DNA from: Fidelibacterota bacterium
GTDB taxonomy: Bacteria; Fidelibacterota; Fidelibacteria; Fidelibacterales; Fidelibacteraceae
DNA: 64,000 bases
Assembly: GCA_021734505.1 (NCBI GenBank)
Contig: JAIPIT010000001.1
Span: forward strand, 1,693-65,692
Reading direction: 5' to 3'
Part shown: positions 9,617-19,016 of the stretch, piece by piece
How positions within the stretch are numbered: position 1 is the stretch's first letter
Layout: each line of letters begins with the position of its first letter
Position numbers and translations under genes: made by a program
Notes under the pieces: model-generated
Seen by the model: only the letters and a program-made list of their open reading frames with translations
Databases searched by the model: none
What the model was told of the DNA's origin: nothing

Positions 9617-12235
9617 ATGGACTCTAAAACGATAAGAAAACAATTTATTGAATATTTCGAAAAGACCCTGGGGCATACGGTAGTTCCCTCTGCCTCGGTT
9701 ATCCCCCAGAACGATCCGACACTTTTGTTCACAAATGCCGGAATGAACCAGTTTAAAGCATATTTTCTTGGCGAAACAAAGGCACCTTTCAAACGTGCGG
9801 TAAATTCGCAAAAATGTATTCGTGTTAGCGGAAAACACAACGACCTGGAGGCGGTAGGCCGCGATCACTACCATCACACTTTTTTTGAAATGCTGGGCAG
9901 TTGGAGCTTTGGCGATTATTACAAAAAAGAAGCCATAATCTGGGCCTGGACGCTGTTTACTGAAATATGGGAACTGGATCCCAAAAGATTATATGCAACC
10001 GTATATACGGAAGATGACGAAGCATATCAGATATGGAAAAACATCCCCAATCTGGATGTGTCACATTTATTGAGATCAGGAGAAAAAGATAATTTTTGGT
10101 CCATGGGAGAAACCGGCCCCTGTGGCCCCTGTTCCGAGATACATTATTATAGTGGTGAAAATATTGATGATCAGGACCCCTTAAAAATCAATGCGGACGA
10201 TCCCGAGTACATGGAATTGTGGAATTTAGTTTTTATACAATATAATCGCGATGAAAACGGTGATTTGCATTCCCTTGGGCAAAAGTACATTGATACGGGA
10301 GCAGGTTTTGAAAGAATTGTAGCGGTCATGAATGAAAAAACCAGCAATTACGATACGGACTTATTTAAGCCGATCATTGAACAGATCGAAACGATCTCTG
10401 ATATTGCTTATGATCAGGGCGAAGCCGGGATGCCGCATCGAGTGATCGCGGACCATATTCGAATGCTGTCTGCCGCCATTGCCGATGGCGCAATCCCCGG
10501 AAACGAGGGACGCGCTTATGTTTTGCGTAGAATTTTACGACGCGCCGCCCGATTTGGTCGTGAATTGAATTTAAAAGAACCATTTTTATATCGTTTGGTA
10601 CCGGCGGTGGCCCATGTTCTTGGCGAGGTTTATCCAGAGATCAAGAATCAGCGTGAACATATACAGCGCATTATCCGGGCCGAAGAAGAATCTTTTGGCA
10701 ATACCCTAGACAAAGGACTGGATCTTTTTGACCAGATCGCAAGACAGGCTAAAAAGGCCACAGAGAAAACACTGAACAGTGAAGATGTTTTTAAGCTTTA
10801 CGACACCTTTGGCTTTCCCGTAGACCTGACGCGACTTCTTGCCGAAGAGAAAGACCTGTTTGTCAATGAAGAAGAAGTGAATTTACTTATGGAGGCACAG
10901 CGTGAACGCGCCAGGGCCGCCGGTAAATTCTCCATAAAGAGTTCAGAAAATCTAAAATGGATCGTTTTGGAAAAAGATAAAATCTCCACATTTGCCGGTT
11001 ACGATACTTATACAACGGAATCGCTGTTGCTGAAATATGCCGTAGACGATTCACATACTTATTTTGTCTTTGATACAACGCCTTTTTACGCCGAATCCGG
11101 CGGACAGGTTGGCGACAAGGGGCACCTTATTCTGCATAAACACAGCATTAAAACCGATGCCAGAACGAACATAATAGACACCAAAAAGATCGGTGACGAT
11201 ATAGTTCATATTGTTGAAGGTTCTGTTCTGGAAGGAAACGTCAAACCCATCACGGCAACCCTGGAAGTACAACAAAGTATCCGGCGCGATACCGCCCGCA
11301 ACCACACGGCAACCCATTTGCTTCATGCCGAATTGCGCGCTGTGTTGGGTGATCATGTTCATCAAGCCGGGTCTTATGTCGGCCCCGACCGCTTGAGATT
11401 CGATTTTACTCACTTTGAAAAAGTATCGACAGAACAGCAAATAGATATTCAACAACGCATTAATACACGCATCATGCAAAACCTCTCCGTTGATACGGAA
11501 GTCAAACCCTATGCCGAAGCACTGCGTGACGGTGCGCAAGCACTGTTCGGTGAAAAATACGGTGACGAAGTCCGCGTGGTAACGGTAAAAGGTGCATCTC
11601 AGGAGCTTTGCGGCGGAACCCATGTGAGCCGAAGCGGTGATATCGGGCTATTTATTATTATCAGTGAAAGTTCGGTTGCCTCGGGCGTAAGGCGAATTGA
11701 AGCCATTACCGGGGTCGCTGCATTGGATGTTCTAAAAGTCCAGCAAACCGTTCTTGCCGGTTTACGCGAGGCACTTAAATACCCGGAAAATGAGATCCTT
11801 GAAAAGGTGACCAGCATGAATGTTCATGTCCGAAATCTTGAAAAAGAGAACAGCGAGTTAAAAAGCAAATTACTGATATTGGATATTGATTCATATTTCC
11901 AAAATGAACGCAAACTTGGAGAAATACCGCTCTATGTTAATCGAATTGATGTTGATGATATGGATCAATTAAAAGAACTGGGCGATAAAGTCCGCGAAAA
12001 AATGAAAAGCGGAATTGCCGTTTTTGGTACGGTGATCAAAGACACCCCCCAAGTACTTTGTGTTGTGACTGACGATCTTGTTAAAGAAGGTATCAAAGCC
12101 GGAAATATTGTCAAGACACTTGGCAAGGCATTGGGCGGCGGCGGCGGCGGAAAGCCACACATGGCAACCGCGGGCGGGAAAGACATTCAAGGACTTGATA
12201 AAGTACTTGAAGACATTGAAACACTTTTACCATAG
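9617..12235 (+). CDS. alaS: Alanine--tRNA ligase
   Basis: FTNAGMNQFK, HHTFFEMLGSWSFGDYYK, the editing-domain HTATHLLH...CGGTH motif and a C-terminal GGGGGGKPHMA. Start set at MDSKTIRKQFIEYF. Confidence 0.95.
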   Translation: MDSKTIRKQFIEYFEKTLGHTVVPSASVIPQNDPTLLFTNAGMNQFKAYFLGETKAPFKRAVNSQKCIRVSGKHNDLEAVGRDHYHHTFFEMLGSWSFGDYYKKEAIIWAWTLFTEIWELDPKRLYATVYTEDDEAYQIWKNIPNLDVSHLLRSGEKDNFWSMGETGPCGPCSEIHYYSGENIDDQDPLKINADDPEYMELWNLVFIQYNRDENGDLHSLGQKYIDTGAGFERIVAVMNEKTSNYDTDLFKPIIEQIETISDIAYDQGEAGMPHRVIADHIRMLSAAIADGAIPGNEGRAYVLRRILRRAARFGRELNLKEPFLYRLVPAVAHVLGEVYPEIKNQREHIQRIIRAEEESFGNTLDKGLDLFDQIARQAKKATEKTLNSEDVFKLYDTFGFPVDLTRLLAEEKDLFVNEEEVNLLMEAQRERARAAGKFSIKSSENLKWIVLEKDKISTFAGYDTYTTESLLLKYAVDDSHTYFVFDTTPFYAESGGQVGDKGHLILHKHSIKTDARTNIIDTKKIGDDIVHIVEGSVLEGNVKPITATLEVQQSIRRDTARNHTATHLLHAELRAVLGDHVHQAGSYVGPDRLRFDFTHFEKVSTEQQIDIQQRINTRIMQNLSVDTEVKPYAEALRDGAQALFGEKYGDEVRVVTVKGASQELCGGTHVSRSGDIGLFIIISESSVASGVRRIEAITGVAALDVLKVQQTVLAGLREALKYPENEILEKVTSMNVHVRNLEKENSELKSKLLILDIDSYFQNERKLGEIPLYVNRIDVDDMDQLKELGDKVREKMKSGIAVFGTVIKDTPQVLCVVTDDLVKEGIKAGNIVKTLGKALGGGGGGKPHMATAGGKDIQGLDKVLEDIETLLP

Positions 12236-12260
12236 AGTATTAATTATATAACCGAAAGAG

Positions 12261-12695
12261 ATGTCGATGAAAAAAATCGCTATGACACTATTTGTCCTAT
12301 TTATTGCTATTGCTTTTACCGCATGTGAAAAAACACAAAACAAAGAAAAAGCAGAAGTAAAAAACACAAATACGATATCAGAAAACGTTGAGATTTATTA
12401 TTTTCACGGAACACGAAGATGTGTTACCTGTGTGGCTGTAGGTGATGTAGCTGCAAATTTAGTCGCGGATAAATACGGTAAAAATCCAAATGTTAAATTT
12501 ATTGAAATCAACATCGACGAAAGTGCTCCCGGAATTGAGGAACTGGCTGAAAAATTTAAGGTCACCGGTTCCGGCTTGTACGTTTATAATGGTGAAAATA
12601 TAGAAAACATTACCGCCCTGGCGTTTCAAAAAGCTATTTCAGCCCCGGATCAACTTGAAAAGAAACTGATCGAATTAATTGATAAGAATCTCTAA
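12261..12695 (+). CDS. Thioredoxin-fold CxxC lipoprotein (ArsF-family-like)
   Basis: Lipobox AFTAC; YYFHGTRRCVTCVAVG CxxC motif; adjacent to a DsbD/CcdA-like membrane protein. Confidence 0.45.
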   Translation: MSMKKIAMTLFVLFIAIAFTACEKTQNKEKAEVKNTNTISENVEIYYFHGTRRCVTCVAVGDVAANLVADKYGKNPNVKFIEINIDESAPGIEELAEKFKVTGSGLYVYNGENIENITALAFQKAISAPDQLEKKLIELIDKNL

Positions 12696-12699
12696 GCCC

Positions 12700-13398
12700 A
12701 TGGAAGTACTTCAAGCCTGGTTGGATAGCACGAACCTTCCACTTTTATCTGCTTTTATATTGGGACTGATGACAGCGATCAGCCCATGTCCTCTTGCAAC
12801 AAATATTACCGCTATTGCCTTTATTGGGAAAGATATCGAGAACAGACCCAGGGTGTTTTTTAATGGACTAATTTATACGCTGGGCCGGGCCACAACCTAT
12901 ACGGGACTCGGTTTGATATTTTATTTTACGGCGAGCCAATTTCATATTTCCCGCTTTATCCAGCAATGGGGGGAAAGATTGCTCGGTCCGCTTCTTATTA
13001 TTATCGGGATTTTTATGCTCGATATTATAAAGATCAAATTCCCGGGGCTGGGAAAACTAAGTCAAAAATTGCAAGAAAAAAGCAAATCCGGATATTGGGG
13101 TGTTTTTCTGCTTGGCATGGTTTTTGCCTTGGCCTTTTGTCCCTATAGTGGAGTCCTATATTTTGGTATGTTGATCCCCATGACCATTTCAAGCCCCGGC
13201 GGATTATATTTGCCCCTTCTATTTGCCATTGGAACGGGTTTACCCGTCATAATTTTTGCATGGATCATTGCATTTACAATAGGCGGAATTGGTCGAATTT
13301 ACGACAAGATCAAGACCTTTGAAAAAATATTTCGCAAGATCGTAGCAGTCTTGTTCTTGCTTGCCGGGATCTATTTTGTCTTGGTTTATTATTTATAG
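12700..13398 (+). CDS. DsbD/CcdA-family (DsbD_2) membrane protein, ArsG-family-like
   Basis: Six or more TM helices; the SPCPL motif in the first helix is typical of the cytochrome c biogenesis/DsbD transmembrane family. Confidence 0.55.
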   Translation: MEVLQAWLDSTNLPLLSAFILGLMTAISPCPLATNITAIAFIGKDIENRPRVFFNGLIYTLGRATTYTGLGLIFYFTASQFHISRFIQQWGERLLGPLLIIIGIFMLDIIKIKFPGLGKLSQKLQEKSKSGYWGVFLLGMVFALAFCPYSGVLYFGMLIPMTISSPGGLYLPLLFAIGTGLPVIIFAWIIAFTIGGIGRIYDKIKTFEKIFRKIVAVLFLLAGIYFVLVYYL

Positions 13399-13563
13399 TA
13401 GCACGCCCAATTGGGAACGCATATTATCTTGACATTATCCGCGGCCGCATTTACATTGTATTTAAGTTAATTAATAAATCAAATTGTTTCAAAAAAACGA
13501 AAATTGCAAAATGATTTTCGGGAGTGTATTTGTTATTTCAATTGGCATCGCGCAGGAGAAGCA

Positions 13564-13839
13564 ATGAATTTACTACTAATATTGATCGGAGCAACGGGTG
13601 TCGCGATGTACCTCATCTTCACCATTTTGATCCATGAATTTCTCAAAAAAAAGAATGACAAGACCCCCGGTTATTTATTTGTCAACCTGTTTATTTTCCG
13701 CTATGTAGGCAAATATAAAAAGATGACAAAAAATGCCACCCGCCGAACGGGGCCATTGTTTTATATGTTTATCATTTCCATCAGTATTACGCTTCTTGCC
13801 GCATTGCTGTTATTTGTCATCAATTTCATTATCATGTAG
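13564..13839 (+). CDS. Small membrane protein, unknown function
   Basis: AGGAGA RBS before the ATG at 13564; two hydrophobic helices. Confidence 0.4.
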   Translation: MNLLLILIGATGVAMYLIFTILIHEFLKKKNDKTPGYLFVNLFIFRYVGKYKKMTKNATRRTGPLFYMFIISISITLLAALLLFVINFIIM

Positions 13840-13852
13840 AGTAAGGCGCGCC

Positions 13853-14026
13853 ATGAATAAAAAGTTTAAGATCAGCCACAAAGTCTTTGTCGGCATGGGC
13901 ATAGGTTTTATGCTTGCCGGCGTATTTTTCATGCTTGCCGTTAATACCGTCCTGGGCATTGCGCTTATAGCCGTTGGGCTTGGGAATTTTGCGATCGGCC
14001 TGGTACAGGGAAAGAAACAAGAGTAG
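13853..14026 (+). CDS. Small membrane protein, unknown function
   Basis: 57 aa with two predicted TM helices; ATG at 13853 directly after the preceding gene. Confidence 0.35.
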   Translation: MNKKFKISHKVFVGMGIGFMLAGVFFMLAVNTVLGIALIAVGLGNFAIGLVQGKKQE

Positions 14027-14067
14027 CGTAAACATTTTCACTTACCAAATAAACGCGGGAATCGGAC

Positions 14068-14670
14068 ATGCATATATATATCATATATTTTCTATGTTTA
14101 CTCTGCGGATATCTCATCGGCTCCATTTTGTTTGCGGAAATCGTGGTAAAGATCGCAAAAGGCCGTGATATTCGGAAGATGGGCAATACCAATCCCGGCG
14201 CGCAAAACATCTACTTACACATCAGCAAGGTCATGGGCGCCCTAACCGGGTTATTGGACGCCTTTAAATCCCTGATCCCCATGATCATTGCCGACACATA
14301 TTTCGATCTGCCCGATTTTGCATTGGGCCTGATCGGTATCGGCGCGCTTTACGGACACATCTATCCCTTATATTTTAGATTTAACGGCGGAAAAGGCGCC
14401 GCCGTCATTATGGGCATTTTTCTTTTCTTTGCAAGATGGGAGTTGCTGGCCGCATTTATTGCTGCCCCGGTCTTTGTATATATCGCCTTCAAAAAAGATC
14501 AGAGCGTCTGGTTGCCTTTTGCCGTTCTAATGACCACGGCCACCATCGCCATGTGCACGCCGCATTCTCCCGAGATCAAGACCATTATCCTCGCCACCGT
14601 TATTTTAGGCTGGGGATACAATATTCGCGCATTGCCAACAAAGGTGAAGATGCTGCTTCACAGGGAGTGA
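14068..14670 (+). CDS. plsY: Glycerol-3-phosphate acyltransferase PlsY
   Basis: GSILFAEIV...GNTNPGAQNI motif, HIYPLYFRFNGGKG, 200 aa, polytopic. Confidence 0.85.
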   Translation: MHIYIIYFLCLLCGYLIGSILFAEIVVKIAKGRDIRKMGNTNPGAQNIYLHISKVMGALTGLLDAFKSLIPMIIADTYFDLPDFALGLIGIGALYGHIYPLYFRFNGGKGAAVIMGIFLFFARWELLAAFIAAPVFVYIAFKKDQSVWLPFAVLMTTATIAMCTPHSPEIKTIILATVILGWGYNIRALPTKVKMLLHRE

Positions 14671-14723
14671 AGCAAAAGAAAAGAAACAATAAGCAAGAAA
14701 CAAGATTCAATAATCAAACAAAG
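14668..14723 (+). repeat. A-rich heptamer array (TGAAGCA AAAGAAA AGAAACA ATAAGCA AGAAACA AGATTCA ATAATCA AACAAAG) starting at the plsY stop codon
   Basis: Period-7 pattern read directly. The same words (AGAAACA, AGAGACA, AGATTCA) recur at 17834-17875, 26033-26060 and, reverse-complemented, at 55747-55767. Confidence 0.6.
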
Positions 14724-14770
14724 TGTATTTGCAAGTGTTTTGACATTATCAACCCAACCATACGTTTTTA

Positions 14771-15646
14771 TTAAATGATAATATCATAGATAACTCCCCG
14801 TCCTTCACCTTTAGCATCAACCATCATATTCTCCCTCAAAAACAAAAGATCTTTTTTGATCGTATTCCGGCTTTGGTCCGGGAAAAAGGTCATGATATCG
14901 GATATTTTTAAGGGAGCGTTTTTCTCAATGCATTTTAGTAGGGATTGGCGGCGGGAATTTAAATAGGTTCGGGAGTGTGAGGACTGGGGTGTGTGCTCTG
15001 GGGTCGGGAGTGCGCGCGAGCGGGTAGTTAGTAACTCTAATAATATGGCGGGGAGAGTCACGGGGGAATCTTGTATGAAGGCGCTATCAGGGTTGTTTAG
15101 GGACGCAATGAGGGGAAGTTGGGAGACACGAGGATAAGTATTTGATATGAGCAAAGCATAGGCAATAAAATTTGCGCATTGGGCATTACCGGTAATGAAG
15201 GGCATAAGCTTGATGAAGGAGATCCTGAATAATGAGATGATCAAAAGCGGATGACGGCCCGGGTCGCGCAGGTATTTTTTTGTTTCTTCAAAAAGTGTTT
15301 TCATGTCTTCGTCAAGATCGGTTCGGTAATTCCCGCGAGAGCCCTCGTCTCGCTCGCTGTATTTAAAAAGTTTCCGGTGCAGGGCTTTGACGGAGGTGTT
15401 GGAGAGTGAAAAAATTTCGTTTTTATGCAGTTCTTTCAGCCACTCGAAAGCGCCGGTGGCGATCATGGCATTGCGACTCCCGGGAACCGGTGCGGGAATC
15501 AGTCCGGCATTTTCTTTCATCACGTTCAAATCCGCAATGACCTTATCTTTCGAATAAAAACCCAAACGATCGATCTGCCCGCAAGCGGCCATGCAGGCGT
15601 GCAGGTCTTCGCTGTCATATTTTGATAGATCGAAATACATATCCAT
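14771..15646 (-). CDS. Fic-fold protein with a degenerate active-site motif and a C-terminal winged-helix domain
   Basis: MPFITGNAQCAN occupies the position of the canonical HPFx(D/E)GNGRxxR. The C-terminal HTH-like segment is PLKISDIMTFFPDQSRNTIKKDLLFL. Confidence 0.5.
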   Translation of the reverse strand: MDMYFDLSKYDSEDLHACMAACGQIDRLGFYSKDKVIADLNVMKENAGLIPAPVPGSRNAMIATGAFEWLKELHKNEIFSLSNTSVKALHRKLFKYSERDEGSRGNYRTDLDEDMKTLFEETKKYLRDPGRHPLLIISLFRISFIKLMPFITGNAQCANFIAYALLISNTYPRVSQLPLIASLNNPDSAFIQDSPVTLPAILLELLTTRSRALPTPEHTPQSSHSRTYLNSRRQSLLKCIEKNAPLKISDIMTFFPDQSRNTIKKDLLFLRENMMVDAKGEGRGVIYDIII

Positions 15647-15747
15647 AATATATCCAATAATAATTTACACGGTAAATATCTTTCAAGCAATACAAATATG
15701 AATTTAAGTTATGCATGATTTATTTGGGTTTTTGGATATTCCATCAA

Positions 15748-16979
15748 TTACCATGGTATGCGAAATAAAATACCACCGCGAATGACCGGCCCGCTAGCCA
15801 CGGGCATCCCGAGAAGATAGCCCCTGCTTTTCCAGCCGGTCGTCAGCGAAGCTCCGAATTTTTCCGTAAACATCGCATCCATGCTCAGCGAAGCTCCGGC
15901 GCCGTGACCGAAAGGTTCCTGATACCAGTAATCCGCATTCGCGCCGAATGCCATGCGACCGGAACGATACAATTGCGGCAGATGGATCGATACGCCCATA
16001 TTGTCGAACGGACGTCCGTAATGAAAGGAAACGCAAGCATAGTTCCCTTTCAATCTGATATGATTAAGAAAGTGCAACTCATATCCCAGCGGCGATATGT
16101 TGAACAGTGTACCGTACATCCATGAAAAATTATCGTTTCCTATCATTTTGGGTGAAATGATACCGAAATTATCATGCATTTTTGTTCTAAAACCCATGAG
16201 GCTTTCATAAAATGCAGGATCCAGAGCGGTCCACAGAAGGCTCATAAAGGAAAGTTCCCGGTAATAATTTATCAGGCGTTCATCGACGTTTTCACCTTCA
16301 GGGGGGATGGGCATGTCATAATAATTCCGGTATGTCAGCAATGCGGATTCGACCGGATCTCCCATTGTCTGGATCCAGGTCATCGGATCTTCGGGGTCGA
16401 TCCAGGAACCGCTGACGAGCGGAGCGACAACGAACACATAGGCCGGAAATAAATTTCCTGAATAAAAGCGTGAACCATCAGGTTGGCATAAGAATGATCG
16501 TGCGAATAAAAGTCCGAAATGATCTGACGGCGCATTAAATTATTGATCTCAAAACCACCGACCGACGTCATGGTTTCAGAAATCAGGCTTACATCCTCCG
16601 GGAGATCCATTCTGGCTTTGGGCCACGGGAAGGTCAGTTTTTCGAAAACGAATTCGCCGCCGATCTCTCGGGCTCGTGTCCAATGTCCGAATTCATGCGG
16701 CCATATGGTCATGCCGAAACTGGCGATCGTTTGCATTACAACACCGGTAAAAGGCTCAAGCTTTGGGGGAATGTCAGGAGACAATCCAAGATAATACGCG
16801 TCAGTCATAAGGGCGTAAAGATTGACACCAATCCGGGCCACCGAATTGAGATCCTGAAGGCCGCCAAAAACGAAACGGTATTCACGTTCGGGGATAAACC
16901 GTATCTCATCATCACCCCTGACAAATGCAGCGGCCGCCATTGTAAGCAAGACCGCCATGAAGGTAAATGATCTTTTCAT
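15748..16979 (-). pseudogene. HExxH metalloprotease-like secreted protein split into two overlapping frames (16380-16979 and 15748-16437)
   Basis: The N-terminal ORF has a signal peptide and WPHEFGHW. It overlaps a second ORF by 58 nt in a different frame, and that ORF has only a GTG start and no RBS. The second ORF's frame is open upstream back to about 16530. Confidence 0.45.
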
Positions 16980-17086
16980 TCAATACCCTCCATACTTTAC
17001 CGGCAAAAAAACGACCGGGAAAAGATCAATCATTATTTAAACCGGAAAGTACCTTTTATTGTTTAAAAAAATGTTGTTTTCGGGGC

Positions 17087-17821
17087 TTACATTTCACCCG
17101 AGTTAAGGATCTTTTCTTTTCCCTTCTCCAGACATTTCAATCGGGCGTCGTCCGTAAATGAAAGGGGAATGATCTTTCTGGCAATACCGGCGGATTTGAT
17201 TTCTACTTCCTGGCCTTTGGCATAAAGCAGTCGATTTAATTCTTGAAGATGTTGAGAAAATTGGCCATTTAAATGATCTGAATACAGTTGATCGAGCTCA
17301 TCGACGATATGATCCAAAAGAACAGCTAGATCAACATCTTCACCGCGGCATTCTTTAAGCGAGACGGCGGGGTGGCGAAGATCCTTTAAGTGCGACACTT
17401 TATTATTGACGTTTATGCCAATACCGATAACAACAGTGGAGCTATTACCTTGAGTGATAGATTCCGCAAGAATGCCACAAACCTTTCGATGGTTGATATA
17501 AATATCATTTGGCCATTTAATGGCTACCCCTAAAGAGGCACAAGACTGTATGCTACGGACAACGGCAAGAGCCGAGAGCAAAATAAAAGGATAGGAAGAT
17601 GTAATATTATATTGATCTTTTAGCAGAATTGAAAAATAAAGACCGCCATCCTGAGAATGCCAATCCCTATTATTTCGGCCTCGTCCCGATGTTTGTTTTC
17701 GAGCACAAAAAATCGTCCCATGTTCATAACGATCGGCATGATCAAGCAATTCCGTATTGGTAGACCCGATCGCATCCACAATATATAAATTAGTTCCGAT
17801 GGTTTGTCTGTGATAGTGCAT
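17087..17821 (-). CDS. birA: Biotin--[acetyl-CoA-carboxylase] ligase, class I (no N-terminal HTH)
   Basis: KQTSGRGRNNRDWHS (GRGRxGRxW) motif, KWPNDIY, 244 aa. Confidence 0.85.
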   Translation of the reverse strand: MHYHRQTIGTNLYIVDAIGSTNTELLDHADRYEHGTIFCARKQTSGRGRNNRDWHSQDGGLYFSILLKDQYNITSSYPFILLSALAVVRSIQSCASLGVAIKWPNDIYINHRKVCGILAESITQGNSSTVVIGIGINVNNKVSHLKDLRHPAVSLKECRGEDVDLAVLLDHIVDELDQLYSDHLNGQFSQHLQELNRLLYAKGQEVEIKSAGIARKIIPLSFTDDARLKCLEKGKEKILNSGEM

Positions 17822-17833
17822 GTAGAAATTTAA

Positions 17834-17875
17834 TTAGACAAAAGACAGAATCCAAGAGACAATAAGAAAGAGACA
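17834..17875 (+). repeat. A-rich heptamer array (TTAGACA AAAGACA GAATCCA AGAGACA ATAAGAA AGAGACA)
   Basis: Period-7 pattern read directly. It abuts the conserved-loop hairpin at 17882-17907, and AGACA heptamers continue after that hairpin. Confidence 0.55.
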
Positions 17876-17881
17876 AGCCAG

Positions 17882-17907
17882 CCCTGCGTAGCTCTGGCGA
17901 AGCAGGG
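17882..17907 (+). repeat. Conserved-loop hairpin repeat: CCCTGC-GTAGCTCTGGCGAA-GCAGGG
   Basis: Perfect 6-bp stem and a 14-nt loop matching four other copies in the window. Confidence 0.65.
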
Positions 17908-18183
17908 AGACAAATTCCAGGAGACAAGTAATGGCTTTTTTATAAAAGGATGCTTTTGACGGGATAACATGATCATAAGTGTTTCTTTTCTGACAAGATA
18001 ACAGGAAAAATCGGATATTTACAAAATCCCTATCTAGTAAATCCTGTAATCCCGTCAAACCACTATCTTGACAATCCTGTTATCCCGTCTAAAAACCCCG
18101 TCAAATACAGAGATCCCGCCATGGATATGCTCCGGCGGGAAACGGGATCTCTTTGATATATGTTATAACATGAAGAAGTTTAT

Positions 18184-19002
18184 TTAAACATCCTTTGCGC
18201 GATATTTATAAATTAGTGTGCCGCCAACAAAACAGCCTGCAGCAAAGAGCAGACCAAAAAGGATCCTATAATCACCCATTACCATGCTCATGTTTACCGT
18301 GTCGATATCATCAAGCCCCATATTACCGACCATTTTTCCAAGTGTAACAAATACATCCGGTAAGGTGATCGTATGTCTGAAGATGACCTCAATAATTGCA
18401 AATAAACCCTCAAGGATACCAAGTACAGCGGCACCCTTAAGTAAGGCGTTGTTCTTGAAGACCGCAGAAAGAAAATAGCACAACGAACCGAAGACCAAGA
18501 CAAGCTTAAGGTAGTTTAACCAGCCAAGAAAAGCTCCATACAGAGCCTGGCCAAGATAAAAGCCATCAACATAAAAAGCACTAACAATGGATAATAAGAG
18601 AGCAAAGATCAAACCGACACCAAGAAGCAAAATTGAGCTCGCATATACATGCATGAAATATTTCACGCCGGTCACTTTCCACACACTTGCCGGTTGGCAG
18701 CGAAAGAAAAGATCTGATCCGAGTTGCTTTTCCCTGTTCAAGCTTGTTTGGGCGCCCAAACCCATGAAAGCAAGGAAGATGATTGCAAATGAGAACATTA
18801 CACCGTACATCCCGATACGAAGCCCCATTGCACCTTCATCAATTCCACCATATACCACAATATTTGGGCTGTCAATGATGACCGCGACAAGCACAGCAAT
18901 TAATGATAGTCCGATCAAACCGGCTATGATCCAAACCGGCCACCAGTAGGATGACTTGCGTTTTTGATATTCTGTTAATAATAATGTTTTTATCTGATTC
19001 AT
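18184..19002 (-). CDS. ABC-2 type transporter permease
   Basis: Six hydrophobic segments; directly downstream of the ABC ATPase (14-nt gap). Confidence 0.6.
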   Translation of the reverse strand: MNQIKTLLLTEYQKRKSSYWWPVWIIAGLIGLSLIAVLVAVIIDSPNIVVYGGIDEGAMGLRIGMYGVMFSFAIIFLAFMGLGAQTSLNREKQLGSDLFFRCQPASVWKVTGVKYFMHVYASSILLLGVGLIFALLLSIVSAFYVDGFYLGQALYGAFLGWLNYLKLVLVFGSLCYFLSAVFKNNALLKGAAVLGILEGLFAIIEVIFRHTITLPDVFVTLGKMVGNMGLDDIDTVNMSMVMGDYRILFGLLFAAGCFVGGTLIYKYRAKDV

Positions 19003-19016
19003 TTTTTCATCCTTCC

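Noticed and set aside
10374-12190. Several 60-190 aa ORFs antisense or out of frame within alaS, for example 11051-11623.
   Set aside because: They lie fully inside a highly conserved CDS and have no RBS or recognisable motifs. These are typical shadow ORFs.
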